Assembly: GCA_049606355.1 (NCBI GenBank)
Contig: JBMYVL010000007.1
Location: 91,723-123,722 of the forward strand
Direction of reading: 5' to 3'
DNA: 32,000 nt
Source: Opitutales bacterium
GTDB lineage: Bacteria > Verrucomicrobiota > Verrucomicrobiia > Opitutales > Coraliomargaritaceae
The position numbers and the translations under genes were made by a program. The notes under the pieces are model-generated. The model made no database searches. It was given only the letters and a program-made list of their open reading frames with translations, and had not been told where the DNA came from. Below are positions 22,391-30,436 of this stretch, piece after piece. The number at the start of each line of letters is the position of its first letter. Positions within the stretch are counted from its first letter, which is position 1.

Positions 22391-24076
22391 TTAACGCCGT
22401 CCAAACGGCCGAGCGCGCACCACTGGAGCGGGCGCGACTGGTGGTTCCGCATTCAGTGCCTTCAGCGCACCAATCTCCGCATCGATCTGCTTGAGTGCCT
22501 CACTCTCAACCGTCTCATCACGCAGTTCGCGTAATTCACGCAACTTCTGCTTTTGTACCTCGGGCATTTGATAGCCGGGAATATCGCTGGGTAAAATCCC
22601 CATATTGTTCAACAACCTGGGATCCAGTATTGCATCATACGAAGAGCCCTCGGGGCTGAGTGTTTTCGCAGTGATAAAAATCACTAAGTTTGTTTCATCG
22701 AGCTTATCTTGTTTGCTTCGGAATAGACGGCCTACGCCAGGCAAGTCACCCAGCAAGGGTACTTTTTGTGCGTCATTGGTAACTGTACTATCGACCAAGC
22801 CACCGATCGCCAAGGTGTAGCCATCTTTAATGACAATCGAAGTTTCGGTACGCCGACTCTTAATGATCGGGATTTGAGTGTCTTCAATAATCGCAAATTC
22901 CTCGGAGCTGGAAACCTCCGGAAGTATATTCAAATTAATAAAGCCGGCACTGTTCACCTGCGGGGTGACTTCCAGTGTGATCCCGATATCCTCATATTTA
23001 ATTTCATCCAATTGTTTCTCACCGGTCTCCTTATTGAAGGAGTACTGAGGGATCGGATATTTATCCCCAATGGCGATCTTCGCCTTGGTGTTGTTTAAAG
23101 TTACTACCGTTGGGTTCGAAATCAGCTCAACGCCGTTGGTCGTATTCAACGCATTGAGCAGGAGATCAAATTGCTCGCCTGAGAAGACCGCATTATCGAT
23201 ACGAGTTTCGGCTCCATTCACTGATTGATAGCTGCGGGTGATGCCACCTAAGCTACCCTCCTTTGCCGTGAGTGCACTGCCGGCAGCCATCGCAAACTCA
23301 TCCAAACCGGCCCAGTTGATGCCCAGCTTCTCGCTGTCATTATTTGTAATCTCGATGAATTTGGACTCGATTAAGACTTGGTCAGTGGCTCGGTCCAAAC
23401 GGTCAATAATTTCCTGAATCTTATTCATTCGCGAGGGCCGTTCAGTGACGATCAGCGCATTGCTGCGCACATCGACTTCCACCCGACCACCCGCATCGCT
23501 ATTGATCAACGGCACCAACGCGCTCTGCAACGCTTGCGCGCGTGCATAATTCGCAATAAAGACCCGAGTGTCCAACGGCTCGGCATTCAGCTCTTCCTGG
23601 CTTTTGATACGAATAATATTTCGGTCTTCGACATGCGTGTAGCCCAGGGGGTCGAGAACCACTTCAAATACCTGCTGCCAAGTGACCTCACGTAATTTAA
23701 TTGAAGTGCGCCCCTTGAGGCTGTCGGGAATAACCAGATTCAGCGCATAGAGATCGGCTACATTACGCAAAATCACGCGTACGTCCTCATCCGGAAAATC
23801 CACGCTGATGGTCTCTTCTTCTTGCGATTCGCCACTGCTCATTGCCGTGGTTGGAACGGGCAACTCAAGCAAGACCGTGCTCGCCGCCGGCAGCGCATCA
23901 GACGGTTGCGCGCTATCACTTTCGGCACGCGTCAAGGGTGCGGCCGTTTCAGCTACTGCAGCGGCTTGAACATCGGCGTCGGAACGATCGCTTTTTACGG
24001 AAGCGGTGCCACCAACTTGCGCCGAGAGGGCGAGCGAGCTGAGTAGCAGTGGTAGGACTGTAATGTGTAACTTCAT
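22391..24076 (-). CDS. Outer-membrane secretin (PilQ/GspD superfamily) with an 88-aa C-terminal extension
   Basis: Signal peptide MKLHITVLPLLLSSLALSAQ. N0/N1-like repeats: VRVILRNVADLYALNLVI and TRVFIANYARAQALQSAL...ALIVTERPSRMNKIQEIIDRLD. Secretin core: LIESKFIEITNNDSEKLGINW through VPLLGDLPGVGRLFRSKQDKLDETNLVIFITAKTL. Confidence 0.88.
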   Translation of the reverse strand: MKLHITVLPLLLSSLALSAQVGGTASVKSDRSDADVQAAAVAETAAPLTRAESDSAQPSDALPAASTVLLELPVPTTAMSSGESQEEETISVDFPDEDVRVILRNVADLYALNLVIPDSLKGRTSIKLREVTWQQVFEVVLDPLGYTHVEDRNIIRIKSQEELNAEPLDTRVFIANYARAQALQSALVPLINSDAGGRVEVDVRSNALIVTERPSRMNKIQEIIDRLDRATDQVLIESKFIEITNNDSEKLGINWAGLDEFAMAAGSALTAKEGSLGGITRSYQSVNGAETRIDNAVFSGEQFDLLLNALNTTNGVELISNPTVVTLNNTKAKIAIGDKYPIPQYSFNKETGEKQLDEIKYEDIGITLEVTPQVNSAGFINLNILPEVSSSEEFAIIEDTQIPIIKSRRTETSIVIKDGYTLAIGGLVDSTVTNDAQKVPLLGDLPGVGRLFRSKQDKLDETNLVIFITAKTLSPEGSSYDAILDPRLLNNMGILPSDIPGYQMPEVQKQKLRELRELRDETVESEALKQIDAEIGALKALNAEPPVAPAPVVRARPFGRR

Positions 24077-24112
24077 AGGCGCTTGAATTCGATTGGTTTG
24101 CTTGGTTGGAAA

Positions 24113-24718
24113 TTAACGGCTGCTGGAGGTGCTATCGCGCGTGAGGCGTGCACCCTCATTCACTTTGGAGAGCTGAAAAGGCACGTCGCGCACGGCATCG
24201 CCCATACGTAAGCGATAGCCATCGGAATCGATCTGTTGAATCACGACCGTAACGCGCTGATCCTCAAACTCCGGTAGACGCACGGCAAAAGACGAATTCG
24301 GCGCCAGCATCTGGCCATTATTGAGCTGTATATAATGCTGCGATCCGCGTGCCAGGGTGCCGGTAATTCGGCTGGATAAATGCGCCGCCACCACATCCAG
24401 AAGACTCGCATTTCCTGGGCCTTCAGTGAGTTGGTCTAATTCAGGCACAGCGCCGACGAATGCCGGCTTTGTACGCGCACTGGATTCACTCCATTCGAAG
24501 GGAGACCGCTGCCCGCGGAGCTCATCATAGAACGGACCATCGCTGCGCCGCAAGTGATGCTCCAACACCTGAATCATCTGTTGACGCTCCGGTATCGTCA
24601 TAACGCGCTGTGCCGATCTGCGAGCCGATGGCTCACCGGCCACTGATTGCTGAATCAATCCAGCGAGTGCGCTGCCGACAGTGACGATACGGCAAAATTG
24701 TGCGAAAGAGCCCTTCAT
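24113..24718 (-). CDS. Hypothetical secreted protein in the PilP position of the operon (PilP/GspC-HR-like, tentative)
   Basis: The ATG at 24718 gives MKGSFAQFCRIVTVGSALAGLIQQSVAG, which is signal-peptide-like. The C-terminal part is beta-rich: HYIQLNNGQMLAPNSSFAVRLPEFEDQRVTVVIQQIDSDGYRLRMGD. Its start overlaps the upstream stop (ATGA at 24715-24718). It lies 36 nt upstream of the secretin gene. Confidence 0.6.
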   Translation of the reverse strand: MKGSFAQFCRIVTVGSALAGLIQQSVAGEPSARRSAQRVMTIPERQQMIQVLEHHLRRSDGPFYDELRGQRSPFEWSESSARTKPAFVGAVPELDQLTEGPGNASLLDVVAAHLSSRITGTLARGSQHYIQLNNGQMLAPNSSFAVRLPEFEDQRVTVVIQQIDSDGYRLRMGDAVRDVPFQLSKVNEGARLTRDSTSSSR

Positions 24719-25299
24719 GCATCTCCTTTCGCCAACACCCACACACGCAGCGACGCAAGCAGATCACTGGGATCACGTCCCGCTTCGCTGGCTTGACTCA
24801 ATTTAAAATCAGAAATGCGCAGTATTGGATCTGCCTGATACAGTGCCCCCATCAGCTCCAGCAAGTCGGTATAGTCACCGATCACCGCAACATCATAAGC
24901 AATTGCCGAATAATGGCTGAGCGCATCCGGTCCGTTTGCCGCGAGTCGCTGCGGGACCTCGGCTAATTGCTGCACCTTAATGAAGGCGATATTTGACCGC
25001 GTTTCAAAACGATAAAAGAAATGCGTGTTCACCGCGCGCTCGCCGCGGTCAAACAACCGCGCCTCCACTTCCGCGATGGCTCCTTCCAGATGCTCGACAT
25101 CCGCCGACAAGCCTTTGGCCTGCTTGGCATTCTGATCGATCGTACGGATGCGCGCGATGGCTTGCGACTCGCTTGCGGACAAGCGGGGGAGCCTATCACT
25201 CCGTAGATAGAGCACAACCAAGAGCACCAGAACCAGCATTACGCAGATGAATGCAAATGGATAACGGAGGCACTGTTGGAGGCGTGTCGCTTCTCTCAT
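24715..25299 (-). CDS. Bitopic membrane protein, PilO-like architecture (tentative)
   Basis: Short cytoplasmic N-terminus, one TM helix (YPFAFICVMLVLVLLVVLYL), a coiled-coil stretch (AKQAKGLSADVEHLEGAIAEVEARL), then a mixed alpha/beta C-terminal domain. ATGA overlaps at both ends. Confidence 0.6.
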   Translation of the reverse strand: MREATRLQQCLRYPFAFICVMLVLVLLVVLYLRSDRLPRLSASESQAIARIRTIDQNAKQAKGLSADVEHLEGAIAEVEARLFDRGERAVNTHFFYRFETRSNIAFIKVQQLAEVPQRLAANGPDALSHYSAIAYDVAVIGDYTDLLELMGALYQADPILRISDFKLSQASEAGRDPSDLLASLRVWVLAKGDA

Positions 25300-25967
25300 G
25301 CGCCAACACTCCTTTCTCCCGACAGCGTTTGACGACTGACTCTTCCCCGATCCTGTGCGCGTATCTCGATCTTAAACTGACAGGAAAAGATCCCGGTATC
25401 TGTATTTCGATCGGTATCCGTCTCTGTAATTTCCACGCTATAGCCCTCGAAATCTAAGCCTTCAGCACTTCGCAGCGAACGCTTAAACGCAGTCAATGCC
25501 GCCAACTCTCTGACTCGAGCATTGATCTCAATCGAATAGACCACTCCGCCCCCATCCTTACGCTTCTGGATGTACTCGCGAAGATAGACGCTATCGAAGG
25601 CAAAACCAGCTGGGCATGATTGAAACAACTGAGCCAAAAATTCATGCGGGATAATCGGCGAATTGTAAAACTTAGCGACTTCTTCGGCCCGGGTGGCCAT
25701 GTCGGCAAATCGAGCGCTTAACTCGAGAAACTGGGCATCACTGGCCTTTGCCTGGTGAATGCGCTGCTCGAGCGCTCCAATGTGGTCTCGTAAATGATAG
25801 GCACGGTACTCTCGCTGCGCAACGACTCCCGCTACAGATAGCAATACGATAAGGGCTAAAAAATTAATAGTGAAACCCGTACGAATCGGTTTGATATCCG
25901 GCAGCGTCGCTTCGAGACGGAAATCCGGGTGCCAACGGACCTGCGCTTCATCCTTACCCCGCTGCAT
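25296..25967 (-). CDS. Bitopic membrane protein, PilN-like architecture (tentative)
   Basis: About 30-aa cytoplasmic N-terminus, one TM helix (FTINFLALIVLLSVAGVVA), a coiled coil, then an alpha/beta domain. It overlaps the upstream gene by 14 nt. The canonical INLLP motif is absent; the nearest match is FRLEATLP. Confidence 0.6.
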   Translation of the reverse strand: MQRGKDEAQVRWHPDFRLEATLPDIKPIRTGFTINFLALIVLLSVAGVVAQREYRAYHLRDHIGALEQRIHQAKASDAQFLELSARFADMATRAEEVAKFYNSPIIPHEFLAQLFQSCPAGFAFDSVYLREYIQKRKDGGGVVYSIEINARVRELAALTAFKRSLRSAEGLDFEGYSVEITETDTDRNTDTGIFSCQFKIEIRAQDRGRVSRQTLSGERSVGA

Positions 25968-27021
25968 GTACCGCCTCCTCTCTTAAATGAAATGCCGCCA
26001 TCAGACTGAATAAGCCCAACCAGCGCGCATCGAGCTCGGACGCATTCACTGAATCATCCAGTCGTACCCGCAGGCTCTCGATCCACGGCTTAATTGGCAG
26101 CTGCAAAAGCTCCATGCCGAGTGCCGTTGTCAGCGTTGGAGTGATCCAATCCAAGTGCTCCGGCAAGGCGCTGAAAAGCACGCGGTCGATCGTCAAGCCG
26201 GTTTGCACCTCGTATAGACCTGTAGAAGCCTGTAACTCTTTAATAACACGACGCAGCAACTTCGGACCCATCGCAGCGAAATCAAAACTATTTGCGAAGA
26301 GTAATTTACGGGCAGCGCTGCGATCCGTCACACCGACTTCCTGCTGCAGTATGGGCAATAGACTCTCCAAGCCGAGGGAGACCTGGCGCACCACTTCGAC
26401 CCGGCCCTGATACAGGATGCATAAGCTCATGCCTGCGCGGGTGAGCTCAACGTAGAGAACCGGTGAGTGCAGTTGACTGAATCGCGTGAAGTCAGCCAGC
26501 CCTCCCAAACATGCAACGGTGCTTAATTCCAGGCGACGCGGATAGACGCCGAAAGTGAGCAATTCATCCTGACCTGCCTGAATCGCCGCAAGCGGTGCCC
26601 CACAAAAGAGCAATTTTTTCGCATTCGCCTGCCCCCAATCGACGCCAATACCATCGGCGGCATTCAATACGGCAATCGCATTGCGCTCCGTATCCAATTT
26701 GAACTCGGACTCGAGTACCGCAGGTAAATAAGCGGGGTCTTTTAATTTCGCGATGGATTCCGCCTCGAAATAATGCAGAAAACGGCCCTCCGGATGCATT
26801 CCACAGTGGGCGACACAATAAGCACCCCCCTTCAGGTCCACAAATTCTCGTACAAAGTCACGGATATCAGCGGGTGACGGGTTCGTAAGAAGTGACAACT
26901 CGGCGATCGCTTCGACTTGGATCGGATGCTCGAAATGGGATGCCTTCGCGATACGGAGCGTGAACTCTGAAAAATCCACAAATACCGCGGGTGTGTGATG
27001 CTTCAGCATAGCGAGGCGCAC
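25954..27021 (-). CDS. Cytoplasmic actin/HSP70-fold-like protein in the PilM position (tentative), with nucleotide-binding motifs degenerate
   Basis: 355 aa, no TM helix. Segments line up by eye with PilM blocks: KKLLFCGAPLAAIQAGQDELLTFGVYPRRLELSTVA and PVLYVELTRAGMSLCILYQGRVEVVRQVSLG. The expected D-x-G phosphate loops read VDFSEF and VELTRAG. The track start at 27021 is GTG; an alternative ATG is at 27009. Confidence 0.55.
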   Translation of the reverse strand: MRLAMLKHHTPAVFVDFSEFTLRIAKASHFEHPIQVEAIAELSLLTNPSPADIRDFVREFVDLKGGAYCVAHCGMHPEGRFLHYFEAESIAKLKDPAYLPAVLESEFKLDTERNAIAVLNAADGIGVDWGQANAKKLLFCGAPLAAIQAGQDELLTFGVYPRRLELSTVACLGGLADFTRFSQLHSPVLYVELTRAGMSLCILYQGRVEVVRQVSLGLESLLPILQQEVGVTDRSAARKLLFANSFDFAAMGPKLLRRVIKELQASTGLYEVQTGLTIDRVLFSALPEHLDWITPTLTTALGMELLQLPIKPWIESLRVRLDDSVNASELDARWLGLFSLMAAFHLREEAVHAAG

Positions 27022-27197
27022 TTAAAGTGAGCCGATCCTTTCTATACTTCGCAGGCGAGCTATCCTGCATGCGACCTCGAAGGGAAGCGACGGACTCCGG
27101 TCAGAAAACACAGTTTGACCTTGCGAAGAAACCGCGGGCCAAGCAAGCGAGAAGCGCTTCCAAGTAAATCAAAAGTAGTTACCAATGAGTTATTTAC

Positions 27198-27215
27198 AAA
27201 CTTTTTATAAAGTTT
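27198..27215. promoter_or_regulatory. AT-rich 7-4-7 inverted repeat upstream of the pilM-like operon (possible operator)
   Basis: AAACTTT-TTAT-AAAGTTT is a perfect inverted repeat. It lies in the AT-richest patch of the 27022-27256 intergenic region, about 180-190 nt upstream of the first gene start. Confidence 0.2.
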
Positions 27216-27256
27216 CTGCCGCGCGCCGAGGTCTTCCTAGCTCCGGGCAGCCAGCG

Positions 27257-27290
27257 ACAAAAAAGGCGACTTCCTTTCGGAAGCCGCCTT
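27257..27290 (-). terminator. Intrinsic terminator after the bS22-like micro-ORF
   Basis: On the minus strand: AAGGCGGCUUCC-GAAA-GGAAGUCGCCUU. This is a 12-bp stem (one G-U pair) with a GAAA tetraloop, running into a U6 tract. Confidence 0.85.
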
Positions 27291-27335
27291 GAATGAAATC
27301 GGAAGGGTACTGCGCTGCTACCAGCGACACAGTGC

Positions 27336-27431
27336 TTACCAAGTACGTTTCTTGTGACGATTCGACTTTAAGCGCTTACGGCGCTTGTGCTTATTCATCT
27401 TAAGACGACGCTTTTTCTTGAGGTTACCCAT
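27336..27431 (-). CDS. 31-aa highly basic protein, bS22 / AURKAIP1-COX24 (mS38)-like small ribosomal protein
   Basis: Own translation; the ORF is below the track cutoff: [31 protein letters not shown]. It closely resembles the mycobacterial bS22 pattern MGS-x-KKRR-x-RMSKKKHRK-LL. ATG start, TAA stop, and a strong terminator 46 nt downstream. It sits beside rpsT, rnpB and a pseudouridine synthase gene. Confidence 0.7.
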   Translation of the reverse strand: MGNLKKKRRLKMNKHKRRKRLKSNRHKKRTW

Positions 27432-27520
27432 AGTAAATTGAAATTGTTTGTTCGCGGAAAAACCTCCCTTAAGTCAAAACTGCGCGCACCTGTAAAGGGT
27501 TTTCTGCAAAGATCTTAAGA

Positions 27521-28357
27521 TCACCCTTCGAGTGCCGACCCGGGGAGCGATAGACCCAAGCGTTTCAGCAGTGCTGCGAATGAGCGTGGCAAAGCCGCTT
27601 GAATACGTGCGGCAGCCAAAGGACCCGTCTCGGGAAAGCGCACTTCCGCCAAATGAAGTGCCACCCCTTCAAACAGCGGCGTTTGCACTCCGGGGCCGCG
27701 CTTTTTGTTATCTAAATCATGTAAACTCGGCGCAGGAAGACCTCCGTAAAGGGTATCGCCAAGGATCGGCATCTCTAAAGTCGCGGCATGGGCGCGCACC
27801 TGGTGCGGGCGGAAATAAGTCGTAGTCGCCTGCCACAAGGCCCACCCTGATGCGGCAACCGCACTGCAGTGAAAGGTCGTGGTCGCACGCTTCCCCTTCG
27901 CCGTGGATGGAATCATCTTGGGTTTGGTGTTGTGGGGCAGTAAGGGCGCATCCGCCAGCCGTTCCGTCAAACCGGACTCAGCTGCATGGCGGGCGAGCAG
28001 ATAAAAGCAACAATCACAGTGACCCGAGCCATAGGCATTGCGCAAGGCAGCCACTGCCGCTCGATTCTTGCCAAACACAGCCACGCCACTGCTGACGGGA
28101 TCCAGATAATAAACCGAACCAAACAGCGCCGCTTGTGTTCTTAGTAACTCAGGCTTACCCTCCTGTAACTGTTGGTTGAGCGCTGTGTCTAAATTCGGCA
28201 CGCCCAGATCCCAGGGATACTCGCGCACACCGACACCTGCCGGCTTATTCAGTGCGAGCCAATCCGCCGTTTCTCCCAGAACAGGCAAGCGCAGCGGCTG
28301 AGCGCCCAAAAGCGGTGGGGGAAAACCAATCGCAGATGCATCAGAGGAGGCTGCCAT
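27521..28357 (-). CDS. RluA-family pseudouridine synthase-like protein (no S4 domain, variant catalytic motif)
   Basis: WLALNKPAGVGV matches the vvnKPaG block. YYLDPVSSGVAVFGKN sits where HRLDxxTSG is expected, with the Asp retained. FRPHQVRAHAA matches the GRxHQIRxH block, and ILGDTLYGG matches GDxxYG. Confidence 0.65.
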   Translation of the reverse strand: MAASSDASAIGFPPPLLGAQPLRLPVLGETADWLALNKPAGVGVREYPWDLGVPNLDTALNQQLQEGKPELLRTQAALFGSVYYLDPVSSGVAVFGKNRAAVAALRNAYGSGHCDCCFYLLARHAAESGLTERLADAPLLPHNTKPKMIPSTAKGKRATTTFHCSAVAASGWALWQATTTYFRPHQVRAHAATLEMPILGDTLYGGLPAPSLHDLDNKKRGPGVQTPLFEGVALHLAEVRFPETGPLAAARIQAALPRSFAALLKRLGLSLPGSALEG

Positions 28358-28374
28358 AATATGCGCGAAGTACC

Positions 28375-28410
28375 TACAAAATACCCCCGGTGCGACAGGC
28401 GCAGCGGGGG
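28375..28410 (-). terminator. Probable intrinsic terminator/attenuator after rpsT
   Basis: On the minus strand: CCCCCG-C-UGCG-CCUGU-CGCA-C-CGGGGG, i.e. 6+4 bp with one C/C mismatch, followed by UAUUUUGU. Confidence 0.5.
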
Positions 28411-28432
28411 CATCGAAAGGAAATAACGAGGC

Positions 28433-28690
28433 TTACGCCGCGATCAAGGCCGCACAACGTGCTTTGTGGCGGGCGATCTTATTGGCATGCACCAGACCAG
28501 TCTTGCCCGCTTTGTCCAAAGCCGAGATGTAGGTCTTAGAAATTGCCGCAAGTGCTTCTTTGTCACCGGATGCGGCCGCCTCGGCGACTTTTTTGGAGAG
28601 CGTCTTGAGACGGCTCTTGACCTGACGGTTCTGCAAAGTGCGCGTGGCAGTCTTACGAATATATTTAAGTGCTGATTTGGTATTAGCCAT
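28433..28690 (-). CDS. rpsT: 30S ribosomal protein bS20
   Basis: MANTKSALKYIRKTATRTLQNRQVKSRLKTLSKKV... 85 aa, basic and helical. Confidence 0.93.
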   Translation of the reverse strand: MANTKSALKYIRKTATRTLQNRQVKSRLKTLSKKVAEAAASGDKEALAAISKTYISALDKAGKTGLVHANKIARHKARCAALIAA

Positions 28691-28775
28691 GTCTGAGAAA
28701 AGTTAAAGAGGCGGGAAAGTGTGGATTCATAAAACGCGTGTCAAGGCAGAAAACCGCGCCTCAGCGCTGGGGAGT

Positions 28776-29165
<390 letters not shown>

Positions 29166-29202
29166 CCCAACAAGCTGAGGCAGTCGGACTTAAAACTCAA
29201 GC

Positions 29203-30357
29203 TTACTCTACAGGCGCCGCATCGGGCAACTGTGCCGGGGCCACTTCTGCTTCAACAGCTGCAGCGTCAGGCACAACCACGCCATTGCCGGTTGCTTTCA
29301 TCAAAACCGGCAAGAAGATCGCTAGGAGCACGGCAATAACCGAGCCAAAGAAGGCCTTCCCTGCATCCGAGAAAACGATATTGGTGACCTTCTTTTTACC
29401 GCGATGGCGCAAGCGCAGTGCCAAGCCAATCTCGCGACCGGCCAGCAAACCAAGGAACACCCAGGTGGTGCTCATCGGCATCTTCTGCGGCCAGGGCACG
29501 CTCATATCCATCATCTCAAACAATCTCGGGATGTAGTCTACTTTGAAAAACAGCAGCACTATACCGTACATTAAGTCAATGAAGGTGGCCGAACGAACAT
29601 CCACTGCATTCGTTTTCTTGGTCACAATCCGCTGAATCTTACCACCCTTTTCGCGGAATAGGTACCCCTGTAGCAGAACCATGCCGCCGAGCGACAAGGC
29701 CAAGCCCCACCATGTTAGGGTGCGAGGCAAATAGGCGAAGATATTGGCGAGGTCCTGCACCAGCCACATGGACCACAAAAATCCAGTCGAGCCCCACTGA
29801 AACACCATCCAGAACGGATGCAGTTCATTGTGTGGCTTGCCTTCAGCGCGGAAACGCCGCTCAAAAACCGCCAGGACCAGATAAAAAATTGCCAGGCCGA
29901 GAACGAACGCAATCGCGTAGCCGACCAGGGACTTTTTCATCATCGATGTAAATAGATCGACCGCTGCCTTCGGATCATCGCCCTGCTGAAACGACACCAG
30001 ACCTTTAAATGCAGTCAACACCAGCAGCGAGGTGCTGACCGGAATCCCCATTCGCGTTAAGATCACCAGTGCCAAGGGCGGCAGGATAAACAACCAGGTG
30101 AACATGCCCCCGTATTGGAACGGATGGGGGATGTTTTTGCCCTCTGCGGCCAATCGACCAAAAGCCGGATCCCCGCCATTGGACAGCCAGCCCCAGGTGA
30201 CCGTCACCACCATGATACCGGAAATCCAGATCCACAGCATCCACCAGGGGCGCTTTGCGTTTGAGGCCAGGAAGGTCCCCAAGGTTTGAATCGAGTCGTT
30301 GGCAACAATCGCGTAGGCAGCCAACGCGAAACCGAGAATCATGAATAGTTCAGACAT
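29203..30357 (-). CDS. Divergent PiT (PHO4) superfamily inorganic ion (phosphate) transporter-like membrane protein
   Basis: 384 aa and polytopic. N-terminal AYAIVANDSIQTLGTF resembles the GANDVANAxGT motif. The two-fold repeated motif appears as GIPVSTSLLVLTAF and KMPMSTTWVFLGLLAGREIG, compared with PVSTTHxxxGAxxG. It is adjacent to pstS-like and porin O/P-like genes. Confidence 0.6.
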   Translation of the reverse strand: MSELFMILGFALAAYAIVANDSIQTLGTFLASNAKRPWWMLWIWISGIMVVTVTWGWLSNGGDPAFGRLAAEGKNIPHPFQYGGMFTWLFILPPLALVILTRMGIPVSTSLLVLTAFKGLVSFQQGDDPKAAVDLFTSMMKKSLVGYAIAFVLGLAIFYLVLAVFERRFRAEGKPHNELHPFWMVFQWGSTGFLWSMWLVQDLANIFAYLPRTLTWWGLALSLGGMVLLQGYLFREKGGKIQRIVTKKTNAVDVRSATFIDLMYGIVLLFFKVDYIPRLFEMMDMSVPWPQKMPMSTTWVFLGLLAGREIGLALRLRHRGKKKVTNIVFSDAGKAFFGSVIAVLLAIFLPVLMKATGNGVVVPDAAAVEAEVAPAQLPDAAPVE

Positions 30358-30416
30358 AGCAGTGATTGGGACTGCAGCCTTGAAAATAGTAAAGCTCCCA
30401 GCACGCCAAGCCTGAA

Positions 30417-30436
30417 GTCATAAAAACTCGTAAAAG
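30417..30436. promoter_or_regulatory. Tandem 10-nt direct repeat, Pho-box-like, in the divergent PiT-like/PstS-like intergenic region
   Basis: The repeat reads GTCATAAAAA CTCGTAAAAG. The first copy matches the GTCATAAAA core of the enterobacterial Pho-box half-site. It lies 60-80 nt from the PiT-like ATG and 85-105 nt from the PstS-like ATG. Confidence 0.2.

Noticed and set aside
23112-23123. GGGTTCGAAATC, a tRNA T-arm-like string
   Set aside because: It lies inside the secretin CDS. There is no acceptor-stem, D-arm or anticodon-arm complementarity around it.
26867-27070. 67-aa minus-strand ORF spanning the pilM-like start region
   Set aside because: It is out of frame with, and mostly nested in, the 355-aa gene. 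It is Arg/Ser/Pro-rich with no motif.
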